A stretch of DNA of 64,000 bases from positions 4,580 to 68,579 of IMG/VR virus record IMGVR_UViG_3300049070_000180. One strand, given 5' to 3'. The stretch is from a virus. The translations under genes and the position numbers were made by a program. The notes below the pieces were generated by a model. That model was not told the origin of the DNA and did no database searches. It saw only the letters and a program-made list of their open reading frames with translations. This document shows positions 19,413 to 28,069 of this stretch, one piece after another. Each line of letters starts with the position of its first letter. Positions within the stretch are counted from its first letter, which is position 1.

Positions 19413-20438
19413 ATGTCTGACGGCCAGATGGAATGGGTCATCCCCGTAGTCGCGGTCGTCGGCACGACACAACTCAAGCTGAGAGTCATCGTCGAGGACG
19501 GGGACGTTGTGGTGGTGGGGCCACAGAGCCCCTACATCGTTCCGCCCAGCTCCATCGAGGTGTACGTCGACGCCCTCCAAGCGGCGGATGACGTTGCCCG
19601 TGGCATGGGCAGGCTGCTGTGACCCAGTCTCCGGATCGTCGCCGCGCTGAGGTCTCCCCCAGTGCTCGCGCGACGGCGGTCCGGGCTACTCCCTCAACGG
19701 ATGCGGCGCGACGCGACCCGCCTGCATCCGTTGAGGCCCACGGCATGGGGCTGCTCGAGGCGTTCCGGGCCGGCCGGGTGCTCGCCGCTGGTCGGTGCCT
19801 GCATCAGCCGCCAGCGCCGGAGCCGAGCGTTTGGGAGTGCTGCGGGGAATGCCCGCCCGTCACGCTGATCCTGGGGGCTTCGCCAGCCGATTTGGCGCAG
19901 CACAAGGCCGATCATTACGGACGCTGTCATGCCCGTTGACGACCGGGCTGTTGAGGACCGGCTGTTCTCCGGTCCGGTCACGGCCGACAGGCGACCTGCT
20001 GACCCTTCGCCTGTCGGCCCCCAAGCCTCGGTGGGTGCGGGGGTGATGGCCAATTCGTCCGCACCCACCGGGCCCACACGGCAGCAGCAATGAATGATGC
20101 GATGAGCCCCCAGCGGGAGGCCGCCGTCGAGTTGCTGTCGAAGCTCGGCCAGTGGCTGCCCGAGTTCTGTCGTCGCGCCGTCCTGGGCGAGGCGTCAGAG
20201 CAGGACTGGGATGCCGTGATCAAAGCACTGTCCGAGGCGTTGACGGCCTGCTGCGCCGACGTGCATGTGGTGATTGAAACCGACCGCGAGGAGTCATGAT
20301 GTGCTACTGCCCGGACTGTCGTTGCTGGCCTTGCAAGTGCCGTCGCCGCTCGTGATCTCGCTGGGGATCATCTCCATCGCCGCCGCTATCACCGTGGGTG
20401 TGGTGCTGTACAGGTTGGGGCGGGTGGATGGGAGATGA
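19413..20438 (+). CDS. Micro-gene operon (19413-19622, ~19745-19939, 19929-20093, 20090-20299, 20296-20355, 20352-20438)
   Basis: Chain of overlapping start/stop codons divergent from the XRE gene. Confidence 0.5.
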
Positions 20439-20830
20439 TGGGCAGCGTGAGCAGTGACGACCTGACCAAGTGGCTGCTGGAGCAGATCGCCGAGGACGAG
20501 CGTGCCGCAGGCGTGCTCCCGGCCGATGGCTACCCCAAGCACGACGGTCGGGTACTCAGCGTTGAGGGCACGATGGATGTTCCGTGGCCGGACCGCTGGA
20601 ACCCGTCCCGCGTGCTGGCCGAGTGCGATGCCAAACGGCGGATCATCATCTACCACGACGTGATCCTGGTCTGGCCGAGCGGCACTACCGGTGCGAAGTA
20701 CTACACCGGGTCTGTTCGCCGGTGCGCGTCATGCGAGGACGTCAAGGTGCTGCCGTGCCCTACCCTGCGCTACCTGGCTCTCCCCTACGCCGACCGCCCT
20801 GGTTACCGGGATGAGTGGCGGCCATCCTGA
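20435..20830 (+). CDS. DUF6221-family protein
   Basis: DDLTKWL...DERAA...PSRVLAECDAKRRII...PCPTLRYLALPYADRPGYRDEWRP. Confidence 0.85.
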   Translation: MMGSVSSDDLTKWLLEQIAEDERAAGVLPADGYPKHDGRVLSVEGTMDVPWPDRWNPSRVLAECDAKRRIIIYHDVILVWPSGTTGAKYYTGSVRRCASCEDVKVLPCPTLRYLALPYADRPGYRDEWRPS

Positions 20831-21099
20831 CAGCCGCCTGGAACTCCCGCATCAACTTCTCCACCTGCTGCCGCACTGTCCATGCCCACTGGATGTCCAC
20901 CACCATCCCCCGTCGCAATCCTTGCCGTTTGGGGAAGAAAGCCCGACCCGCCATCCAGGTGTCCACGGTGAGCAGTTCGCTGGACCCGAGCGCCCTGCCC
21001 GCGTCCCCGTTGTCTAGGTAGCAGGGGCTGACCGGCTCTCCGGTGACGGTGCAGTGGAGGTAGGCGGGCATGGGGACAGTGTCATCCAGGCGGGACGAG

Positions 21100-21232
21100 A
21101 AGCAAAGGCCCCCCACCAAAGGGGGGCCTCGCACCCAGCCACCGAGGCGACTGGGGGAACCGGGCTTCCCGGACCGTGGCCGGGGGAGCGGAAGCTGCCT
21201 ACACCGTGCATCAGCAGGGTTCAGCTGCTAGG
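21100..21232 (-). ncRNA. Candidate structured small RNA
   Basis: TATAAT at 21242-21237, several hairpins, terminal GC hairpin + U tract at 21129-21102. Confidence 0.35.
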
Positions 21233-21262
21233 GCCGATTATAGCGGACAGGTACGACAAAGA

Positions 21263-21314
21263 GGCCCTACCCGCTCTATCCACGCGAAGGGGAGCGCGGA
21301 GAGCAGGTAGGGCC
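21263..21314 (-). terminator. Late-operon terminator hairpin
   Basis: GGCCCTACC.GCTCT...AGAGC.GGTAGGGCC. Confidence 0.6.
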
Positions 21315-21352
21315 GTTGCCCGCCAGCCGGGGTGAGGGCGGAAGGCGGGCGA

Positions 21353-22609
21353 TCAGGGAGTGCAGGGCTCGTTAGCCCTGACCGTGCCGGTGATGTTGTA
21401 GTTGGAGTCCACGGTCACCCAGTCGTTGCCGGAACCCCAGTCCAGGTTGCCGCACGTGTTGTTGGTGGTCACCGCGTCGAACGCCCAACTGCCGTTGACG
21501 AACTTGTTGCCCGCGATCACCCACTTCGGGGTGCTTGGGCTCGGCGCGGTGTAGTTCTCCAAATACATCGAGTACGCCCCGCCAGCCACCAAGTTGTTGG
21601 TGACACGGACGTTCGTCACGTGCAGTGCCTCGGCCAGATCGATCGGTGCCGTCGCCGAGGAAGCCGAGCGCTGGTCAAAGGTGTTGTGGTCCAGCGTGAT
21701 GTTCGGGTACGACGCATTGATGTCACAGCAGGTTTCGAACCCATCCGCATGCGCCGAGGAATCCGGGCTGCACGTGGTCGAGAAGGTGTCCCGGATGGTC
21801 AGGTTCCCGGAGTCGGTGGAGAACCCGTTGTCCATGTTCCGCGAGCGCACGCGAAGGGCGGTGTAGTTGTTGCCCCACACCGTGACACCCCACGCGCAGC
21901 CGAAGGCCGGACCCACAGTGGAGTCCGTCAGGGTGTAGCTCGAGTTCGGCGCTCGGAAGTTCTGTACCCCGCCGTCGATCTGCGATCGGGTGATGGTCAC
22001 GTTCTGGGCGGCGATCTCCAGTACACCGGTGATGTGCCAGGCATCGATCGAGGTGCCATTCTGGGTGACCATCCAGTTCCCGTTGACCGTCTGCGCGAAC
22101 ACCGTTCCAGCCGGGACGCCAGTGTTGCTGACGTTTGGGTAGCCACCCGGCGCCGGGGGTGTAGTGGTGGTTGTCGTGGTCGTGGGAACTGCGGTCGTCG
22201 TTGTGGTGGTTGTGGTCGGCGGGACCGTGGTTGTCGTCGGAGGCGGCGAACTGGGTGGGTAGGCGACGTAGCTGAACCAGATCGTCCCGCTCGTCTTCGG
22301 GGTGTTCTGGTTGTACATCGCCCGCAGTTCGAAGCTCGTCGCGGTCCACGAATCCCGGACGGTGTTGAGCGTGAACCCGTTGAAGGAGTCCGGGGTGTTC
22401 GCCGTCAGGAGGATGGCGTCCGGGACCACGCCGAGCCGGTGTGGCACCGTGCAACGGCCGGCCGAGTTCAGGTTGCACTGGGTGTGACCGTAGTCCGGCT
22501 GGCCCGGTGCTGGAGCGTCCGCTCCGGCCGGGGCGAAGATGACGACGAGGGACACGGCGACGATCGCAGCCATTGCGGCGGCGGTCGTGAGTACGCGACG
22601 ACGGGACAT
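21353..22609 (-). CDS. Secreted beta-helix protein (signal peptide, beta-sandwich, Pro/Thr linker, pectin-lyase-like beta-helix)
   Basis: MSRRRVL + hydrophobic stretch + AxA; PPPTTTT linker; PNVSNTGVPAGT, HADG, HNT motifs. Confidence 0.7.
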   Translation of the reverse strand: MSRRRVLTTAAAMAAIVAVSLVVIFAPAGADAPAPGQPDYGHTQCNLNSAGRCTVPHRLGVVPDAILLTANTPDSFNGFTLNTVRDSWTATSFELRAMYNQNTPKTSGTIWFSYVAYPPSSPPPTTTTVPPTTTTTTTTAVPTTTTTTTTPPAPGGYPNVSNTGVPAGTVFAQTVNGNWMVTQNGTSIDAWHITGVLEIAAQNVTITRSQIDGGVQNFRAPNSSYTLTDSTVGPAFGCAWGVTVWGNNYTALRVRSRNMDNGFSTDSGNLTIRDTFSTTCSPDSSAHADGFETCCDINASYPNITLDHNTFDQRSASSATAPIDLAEALHVTNVRVTNNLVAGGAYSMYLENYTAPSPSTPKWVIAGNKFVNGSWAFDAVTTNNTCGNLDWGSGNDWVTVDSNYNITGTVRANEPCTP

Positions 22610-22669
22610 GTCGGGCCTCTCTTGTGGACTCGGGGCCGCGACATCCCCGGAGATGAGATGGGGGTGGAT

Positions 22670-22933
22670 TCAGCCGGTGTAGGTCGGCGCCTTCGCTGAG
22701 CCGAGCAGCGCGCGGGTCAGCCAGTCGGGGAGCTTCGGCTCGACCCAGCGGACAAAGCCGTACACCACGGCCAGCGCAACTAGGTCCACCACCTTGCCCC
22801 GCACGTCGTCCGAGGACAGCCACGCCACCGCAGCGTCCGGCAGGCCGACCTTGGCCAGCCACAGCACGACAATGGACCAGGCGCCGGGCATCACAGTGCG
22901 CACGACGGAACGCAGCCAATCGGTCATTTTCAT
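22670..22933 (-). CDS. Holin-like membrane protein
   Basis: RTVMPGAW...YGFVRWVE...LLG..KAPTY; follows the endolysin. Confidence 0.75.
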   Translation of the reverse strand: MKMTDWLRSVVRTVMPGAWSIVVLWLAKVGLPDAAVAWLSSDDVRGKVVDLVALAVVYGFVRWVEPKLPDWLTRALLGSAKAPTYTG

Positions 22934-24820
22934 CTACTCCTGTCCAGCGTCGGCAAACACCCGACGTACGGATGCCTCGACGTCTTCCTTGGTGATGCCG
23001 GCCGGGAGGCCAGCCCTAAGCCCGGCGACAATCGCGTCGATGTGCTCCGCCCCAACCACCACTGCGGTGTCCTGGTCGGCGGCCACAATCTCGCGCATCG
23101 CGGCAATCACATCGGTCTCGGTCTGCGCCAGTGCGCCGGCGATCGCCTGGACCTGAACGAGCGTCCGGTCGATGTTGTAGCTCGACCACCGCAGGTAGTC
23201 GCTGGCCTGGACCGGCTTACCGTCGCCGGGCCTCGGGAATGTGTCGGTCCAAGCCACGTCGTCCTCCTGTAGTCCGGCGAGCACACGGGCACGCGGGATG
23301 ATTTCGTTGATGAGCTGAGCGATCCGGCGATCTCCGGGGCAGTTGCCGGTGACGACTACCTTTCCGCGTTGGCGGATAATCAGCGTCCCGTTCACGGTTG
23401 TCAGGCACGCAACCTCTGTCACCCGCGATGCGACGGGGCTCGACAAGCGACGGTCATGCTTGCGAGCAAGGACCCAGCGCAGGCCATTCGCCGTATCCCA
23501 GGAGGTTGTGGACTTACCGTTCAGCACACCGACCGCCTGAAGCACATCCATGCTCTGGTGGTCAGTCGAAAAGACGAGTGTCTTGCCGCTTGTGACATCG
23601 CCGTCAGCTACTGCGGCTTCCTCCCACAGTGCCTCAGCCTGTTCGCTGGACATTGCGACCATGTCCCACGTGAACGACTTGTCCGGCAGAAGTCGGATGA
23701 TCTTTTCCCGGGCCTCGTCGCCATATACGCGTATCGTCGTAGTGCCGTCCTTGCGTACGCCGACCTTGTGCGCAATTCCCAACCGTCCAAGGACTTCCCT
23801 CAGCCGGACAATCTTGCGCAGCTTGCTTAGGTGCCACTCGACACCGATCACCGTGGGTGTGCTTGTCCTCGTCTCACGCATGATGTGTCCATCGGCTTGG
23901 AACCACGCCATGAGGCGCACCTGGTCAGTCGAGATCGGCAGACCCTCCGCGCGCTGCTGCACGTGGTTCACCACCGTCATGTCCGAGCGGAGGTCGGTCG
24001 CCGGGACTCTCTTCCACCCGTGCTCGCGGAGCACTTGGTGGATCTCGCCGCGTCGCGTGCCGTGGCCAGCGTGGTTGCGAACTCCGCGCAGGGAACCGCT
24101 GTAGCCGCATGAACAGCGTACGGTCGAGATGCACTGGACGACCCACTCATGATCAGGGGTTGACTCGAAGCCGCCAACCGTGACCACTTCAGTCACATAC
24201 GGCTCGACGACGGCTGCATGGTCAAAGGTCACGGCATTGGAGTCCGGAGACCAAGACGCCACCCGGTCGTCGTTGCGGACGTCCAGTAATGGTAACCAGC
24301 CGCGCTCGGTGAGAACCTCAGTCGTATCTGTAGGCAAACAGACCTTTCCGAACGAGCTGGACCACTTCTCGCCGCCGGACACTCGGCCGCCGTAGGGTCC
24401 GGTGAAGTTCCCGTCAATCCCCTGCCGGTGATAGGCGATCCCGCGACGACCCGCCTTGCTGTCCGGCACCAGTTCCAGCGGGATGCCGTGGGTCTGGTGG
24501 CACCACACGAAGATCCGGGCGATCGACTCGGCTTGCTGGGCGGTGAACCGGGGGACGTTGCTGCCGGACCAGGATCCGTACGCGGGACCGAAGTCCTCGT
24601 TCTCGATGGCGATGATGTGCCAGTTGCCGTCAAGATTCGCCGCCGAACGGGCATTGGTGTCACGTGCTTGAACGATCTTGCCGCTCGCGCCAGTCGTGAA
24701 GTGAGCGGCGTTGCCGCTGCCCTGAAAGCCTACGATCGTGTGCGCGCAGACTATGTCCCACTGGGACATGGCGCCGTTGGTGTTGACCCCCAGGAACTCG
24801 ACCCCGGGCATGCGTGCCAT
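22934..24820 (-). CDS. Endolysin (Amidase_2) interrupted by an intein
   Basis: HTIVG, AHF, IAIENED, GIAYH, GKV|CPG; TAATG overlap with the upstream gene. Confidence 0.88.
   Translation of the reverse strand: MARMPGVEFLGVNTNGAMSQWDIVCAHTIVGFQGSGNAAHFTTGASGKIVQARDTNARSAANLDGNWHIIAIENEDFGPAYGSWSGSNVPRFTAQQAESIARIFVWCHQTHGIPLELVPDSKAGRRGIAYHRQGIDGNFTGPYGGRVSGGEKWSSSFGKVCLPTDTTEVLTERGWLPLLDVRNDDRVASWSPDSNAVTFDHAAVVEPYVTEVVTVGGFESTPDHEWVVQCISTVRCSCGYSGSLRGVRNHAGHGTRRGEIHQVLREHGWKRVPATDLRSDMTVVNHVQQRAEGLPISTDQVRLMAWFQADGHIMRETRTSTPTVIGVEWHLSKLRKIVRLREVLGRLGIAHKVGVRKDGTTTIRVYGDEAREKIIRLLPDKSFTWDMVAMSSEQAEALWEEAAVADGDVTSGKTLVFSTDHQSMDVLQAVGVLNGKSTTSWDTANGLRWVLARKHDRRLSSPVASRVTEVACLTTVNGTLIIRQRGKVVVTGNCPGDRRIAQLINEIIPRARVLAGLQEDDVAWTDTFPRPGDGKPVQASDYLRWSSYNIDRTLVQVQAIAGALAQTETDVIAAMREIVAADQDTAVVVGAEHIDAIVAGLRAGLPAGITKEDVEASVRRVFADAGQE
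23342..24340 (-). mobile_element. Intein (333 aa) with LAGLIDADG homing endonuclease
   Basis: CLPTDTTEVLTERGW; TPDH; AWFQADG and AAVADG; ends VVTGN followed by +1 Cys. Confidence 0.92.
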
Positions 24821-25353
24821 TACGCAGCGCCTTGCAGCTCGCGCGCGATGGCGACGATGGTCGTCCCGTATGTCGGGCTGGTGTTCCACGCGCCGTTGCC
24901 GAACTGTTCCCAGTTCTCCAGTTTGTAGCCTTTCGACTCGACGAACCGGCGCCGCGGGTTGAGTTCCATATAGTCCGCCAGGTGCTTGAACCAGCCGGCG
25001 TACAGGCAAACGTGCTGGGCGTACACCCGGGCGCCGTGTTCCCAACTCACGAAGCTGTAGTGCGCCAGCGTATTCGTATCGACATCGGTAATGCCCGGGA
25101 CCAACTTCGGGTCGTTCACCTTGATACCAGCCGGGTTGTGCTGGCTCGCCTTGACCGCCCGGGTGAAGGTGCCCCAGGCGGTTTCATGCCCGGACTGGGC
25201 GATCAATGGCACCGGGTCGAGGTCGTGAGCTTCCGCCGCGAACCAGATGGCATTGAACATGTCGTCCAGGAACAGGCGGTTAACGCCTGGTCTCAGTGCG
25301 ACCTGGTCATGCACCTTGTGTGCCAGCGCGGACGCTGGGCCGATGATTCTCAT
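24820..25353 (-). CDS. Glucosaminidase-type peptidoglycan hydrolase
   Basis: AQSGHETAWG...HNPAGIK...F.SWEHG...W.TSPTYG. Confidence 0.75.
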   Translation of the reverse strand: MRIIGPASALAHKVHDQVALRPGVNRLFLDDMFNAIWFAAEAHDLDPVPLIAQSGHETAWGTFTRAVKASQHNPAGIKVNDPKLVPGITDVDTNTLAHYSFVSWEHGARVYAQHVCLYAGWFKHLADYMELNPRRRFVESKGYKLENWEQFGNGAWNTSPTYGTTIVAIARELQGAA

Positions 25354-25376
25354 ATCTCACCCCTATTGAACTGTTA

Positions 25377-25880
25377 TCAACACACATCTCTTGGTGGTGC
25401 GGGGTACGGGTGCTCCGCCTGGGTCTTCTTCGCCGCGGACCGCTTGGCCACATACGCGTCGAACGCTTGTCGCATCTGTTCACGGCCTTCCGCCGAGGGG
25501 GCGACCCGGGCGAGGGTGAAGAAGAACTCGTCGAGGGCGTCCTGCGCCTCAGCGGATGCCTTCGACCGCTCTTCAATCGCGTCGGCGAACCCGTTGCTGT
25601 AGGCCTGGGTGCAGAGGGTCAGCCGCTCTGTCGCCTCGCTCTGCACGTAGCCCTGCACGGCGGTGAAGATCCCCAACACCACTACGACGGCACCAATGAC
25701 GTGCATCGGCGTGACCCTGCGGCGTAGCGGAACACGGGCGGGCTCGGGCATATCGTCCCCCTCTTGAACAGCTTCAGCGATCACCTGTACGGCGACCGTC
25801 GAGCGGCCCATGAAGAACCCGACGAGCGCACCGGCGATGGTCCACGGCAGGGACTGAAGGATGTAGGTCCACGAAGTCAC
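25377..25880 (-). CDS. Lysis-cassette membrane protein (2 TM + coiled coil)
   Basis: TM helices; ends YPAPPRDVC. Confidence 0.65.
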   Translation of the reverse strand: MTSWTYILQSLPWTIAGALVGFFMGRSTVAVQVIAEAVQEGDDMPEPARVPLRRRVTPMHVIGAVVVVLGIFTAVQGYVQSEATERLTLCTQAYSNGFADAIEERSKASAEAQDALDEFFFTLARVAPSAEGREQMRQAFDAYVAKRSAAKKTQAEHPYPAPPRDVC

Positions 25881-26137
25881 GACTGACCACCTCGGTCACC
25901 ATCGTTTCTCTCAGGCGGACGCTCGGGGTCTAGGAGGCGCGCCAATTTGCGTCGAGCGGACTTGGACGGCGGGTGATCACGTCGCCCAAGGGCGAACACC
26001 GCACCCACGACAATCGCGAAGATCGCGTTCAGTGCGGGGTCGCTGCGACCCGGATACAGGAACCCCACGACAACGTTCGTCGCCCACAGGGTACTGATCA
26101 GAATCGCCAGCGCGATCACGAGCGGGCGAGGAATCAC
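25877..26137 (-). CDS. Small 2-TM membrane protein
   Basis: Two hydrophobic helices and a basic tail. Confidence 0.65.
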   Translation of the reverse strand: MIPRPLVIALAILISTLWATNVVVGFLYPGRSDPALNAIFAIVVGAVFALGRRDHPPSKSARRKLARLLDPERPPERNDGDRGGQS

Positions 26138-26192
26138 ACGGCCCTCCCAAACTGGTTAGCAGTCCGGTCTCCCCACCGTCGCGATTTGGATG

Positions 26193-27212
26193 TCAAAGCA
26201 GGGCCACCCAGAAGAACCTGTCTCGCTTGGACCACGAGCCGTCCAGCAGGTTCAACGTGGTCGGCATCGACGCAGTCTTGAACCCGCACGTCATAGCCCC
26301 GGCGGTGTCTGGGTTGATGAGGTTGCCGATCCCACCGGTAGCGGTACACGAAGCGCACCCGAGTATTGGTGCCGTCGTGGTTCCCGATGCCGTCACGACA
26401 ACGGCGACAGTCTCACCCGCCCGTAGAGTGAACGGGGTGAACGTACCCTCCTTCACAGTGTTCACACCGGTTGTGAGACTAAGCCCAGTTGGATCAATAA
26501 AGTCCTTCAGTTGATCCTGCCGGTACCCTCGGAAGATTCGCAGAGAAGCTGACCCGGCGACCTGGGCTGTAGTGGGAAACACTCGAACCTTCGATACCAA
26601 CTGATCGATCAGTGAATGGATGCGCACGAAGTAAAGGATTCCGTTGTTGATCGGCGCGTCACCATTCATGTTGATTCTCTGGTGAGACGAGATCTTGTCC
26701 CCATACAGGAGATAATCGTCGGTTACGGTAGGGACCGACGGACCGCCCCACTGGCGGGCATCTGTTACCTGACTGGCATCTATCGACGCATCACCTGAAG
26801 GGATACTCACTACAGCCAGCGGGATTTCCCACAGTGACGAGCTGCGCGTCACCGACGGCACCAACGGTGTGGCCGCAGCGGTGCCGGTCAACACATCCAA
26901 CTCAATGACGTCGTTGACGAAATGCGCTCGAGCTACCACAAGATCCAAACGAGGCTGCCCGCTGGAATTGCTCGCGATCGCAAGCGTTTTCTCTGCCGAG
27001 AGAGTACCGCCATGCCCCTCGATCCAGACATCTCCAGTCTTAACCTTGACCTGCAAGCCGGTGCTGTCCCCATACACCAACATCTCGTTGTTGATATTGC
27101 GCATCACACCAGACACTGAGATGCGGCGCATGAAAGCACGCCACTGATCCTCCGTGGCATTGGCCCCAGAGCCGGTGTTAAACGGGCCGTAGGTGTCGAA
27201 GGCGGTAGCCAC
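26193..27212 (-). CDS. Minor tail protein
   Basis: RLDLVVAR...WEIPLAVV...VTDAR baseplate-anchor motif. Confidence 0.75.
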   Translation of the reverse strand: MATAFDTYGPFNTGSGANATEDQWRAFMRRISVSGVMRNINNEMLVYGDSTGLQVKVKTGDVWIEGHGGTLSAEKTLAIASNSSGQPRLDLVVARAHFVNDVIELDVLTGTAAATPLVPSVTRSSSLWEIPLAVVSIPSGDASIDASQVTDARQWGGPSVPTVTDDYLLYGDKISSHQRINMNGDAPINNGILYFVRIHSLIDQLVSKVRVFPTTAQVAGSASLRIFRGYRQDQLKDFIDPTGLSLTTGVNTVKEGTFTPFTLRAGETVAVVVTASGTTTAPILGCASCTATGGIGNLINPDTAGAMTCGFKTASMPTTLNLLDGSWSKRDRFFWVALL

Positions 27213-27221
27213 ACCATCTCC

Positions 27222-27683
27222 TTACGAGGCCCGCAGAAACCCAGGGCTTGTCAGCCCCTGGATCGGCTGGTCGGTGCCATCAGTGGTAAATGAGCAGTCA
27301 TGGAAGCTCAGCGGGATGATATTCGCGTCGGTACCAGCCCCAGTGTCCCCGTCGTAGCAGACGAGAAGTTTGGCGATCGTGTTGTTAGTGGCCCCGCCCG
27401 CGCTGGTGTAAGTGAAGTTGTCCGCGGTGACGTCAACGCGGTTGTTGGTGTTGTCCACAGTGACCGCGACAGTTGCCAAAGTCTTACGGGTGTAGCTGGT
27501 GAAGTCAGCCTCGTCATTACTCGCCGCGAGGATGTCGGAGAGTGTGGCGTAGTCCATCAGCGTGCCATCGCTCTCGAGCCCGCCGCTCTTGAGCAAGACG
27601 ACGATCAACGCGTCAGCGGATGCCGGGAGTCCTGCGTAGTAGGCGAACTTGCCTCTGGCGATGTTGAACAGCCCAGCACTCAT
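27222..27683 (-). CDS. Small virion beta-protein (putative fibre subunit)
   Basis: FNIARG...YTRKTL...DNTNNRVD...CYD.DT..GTD..IIPL...GFLRAS. Confidence 0.6.
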   Translation of the reverse strand: MSAGLFNIARGKFAYYAGLPASADALIVVLLKSGGLESDGTLMDYATLSDILAASNDEADFTSYTRKTLATVAVTVDNTNNRVDVTADNFTYTSAGGATNNTIAKLLVCYDGDTGAGTDANIIPLSFHDCSFTTDGTDQPIQGLTSPGFLRAS

Positions 27684-27693
27684 CGGTTCCCCC

Positions 27694-28065
27694 TCATCCC
27701 TTCGGGACCTGCGCGACCAGGTTCCAATTGGAACCGACGTAGAAGTTCAGCTCGTCATCCGTCGAGTCCACAGTGATCCCCGCGGTGGCGGCCACAACCC
27801 AAGCGAACGTGGGAGCCCACGCGTCGGGAGCGCGCACCACCTCAACCGCTAGCAAGTAGCGAGCCTTTTCCGCCGATGTGGGCGGATCAATGTTCGCGAA
27901 GTAGGCCTCGCCGACGAGGCCCGCGTAGTACACGATTGATGCGGTGATCCGGGCGATCCACGCTGAGTTCACCGCAAGATCGGCGATGTCCAAATTCCTG
28001 GCCCGCCCAATGGCGAATGCTGTACCTGTTTCCACCGCCATATCGATCGTCACGGCACCGGCCAC
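27694..28065 (-). CDS. Minor structural protein
   Basis: Position in the tail-tip cluster. Confidence 0.55.
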   Translation of the reverse strand: MAGAVTIDMAVETGTAFAIGRARNLDIADLAVNSAWIARITASIVYYAGLVGEAYFANIDPPTSAEKARYLLAVEVVRAPDAWAPTFAWVVAATAGITVDSTDDELNFYVGSNWNLVAQVPKG

Positions 28066-28069
28066 GAGT

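Noticed and set aside
22160-22250. GTG/GTC/GTT trinucleotide repeats
   Set aside because: They encode the Pro/Thr linker of the secreted protein
24821-25045. N-terminal 75 aa of the 703-aa ORF
   Set aside because: Overlaps the glucosaminidase gene; the real start is the ATG at 24820
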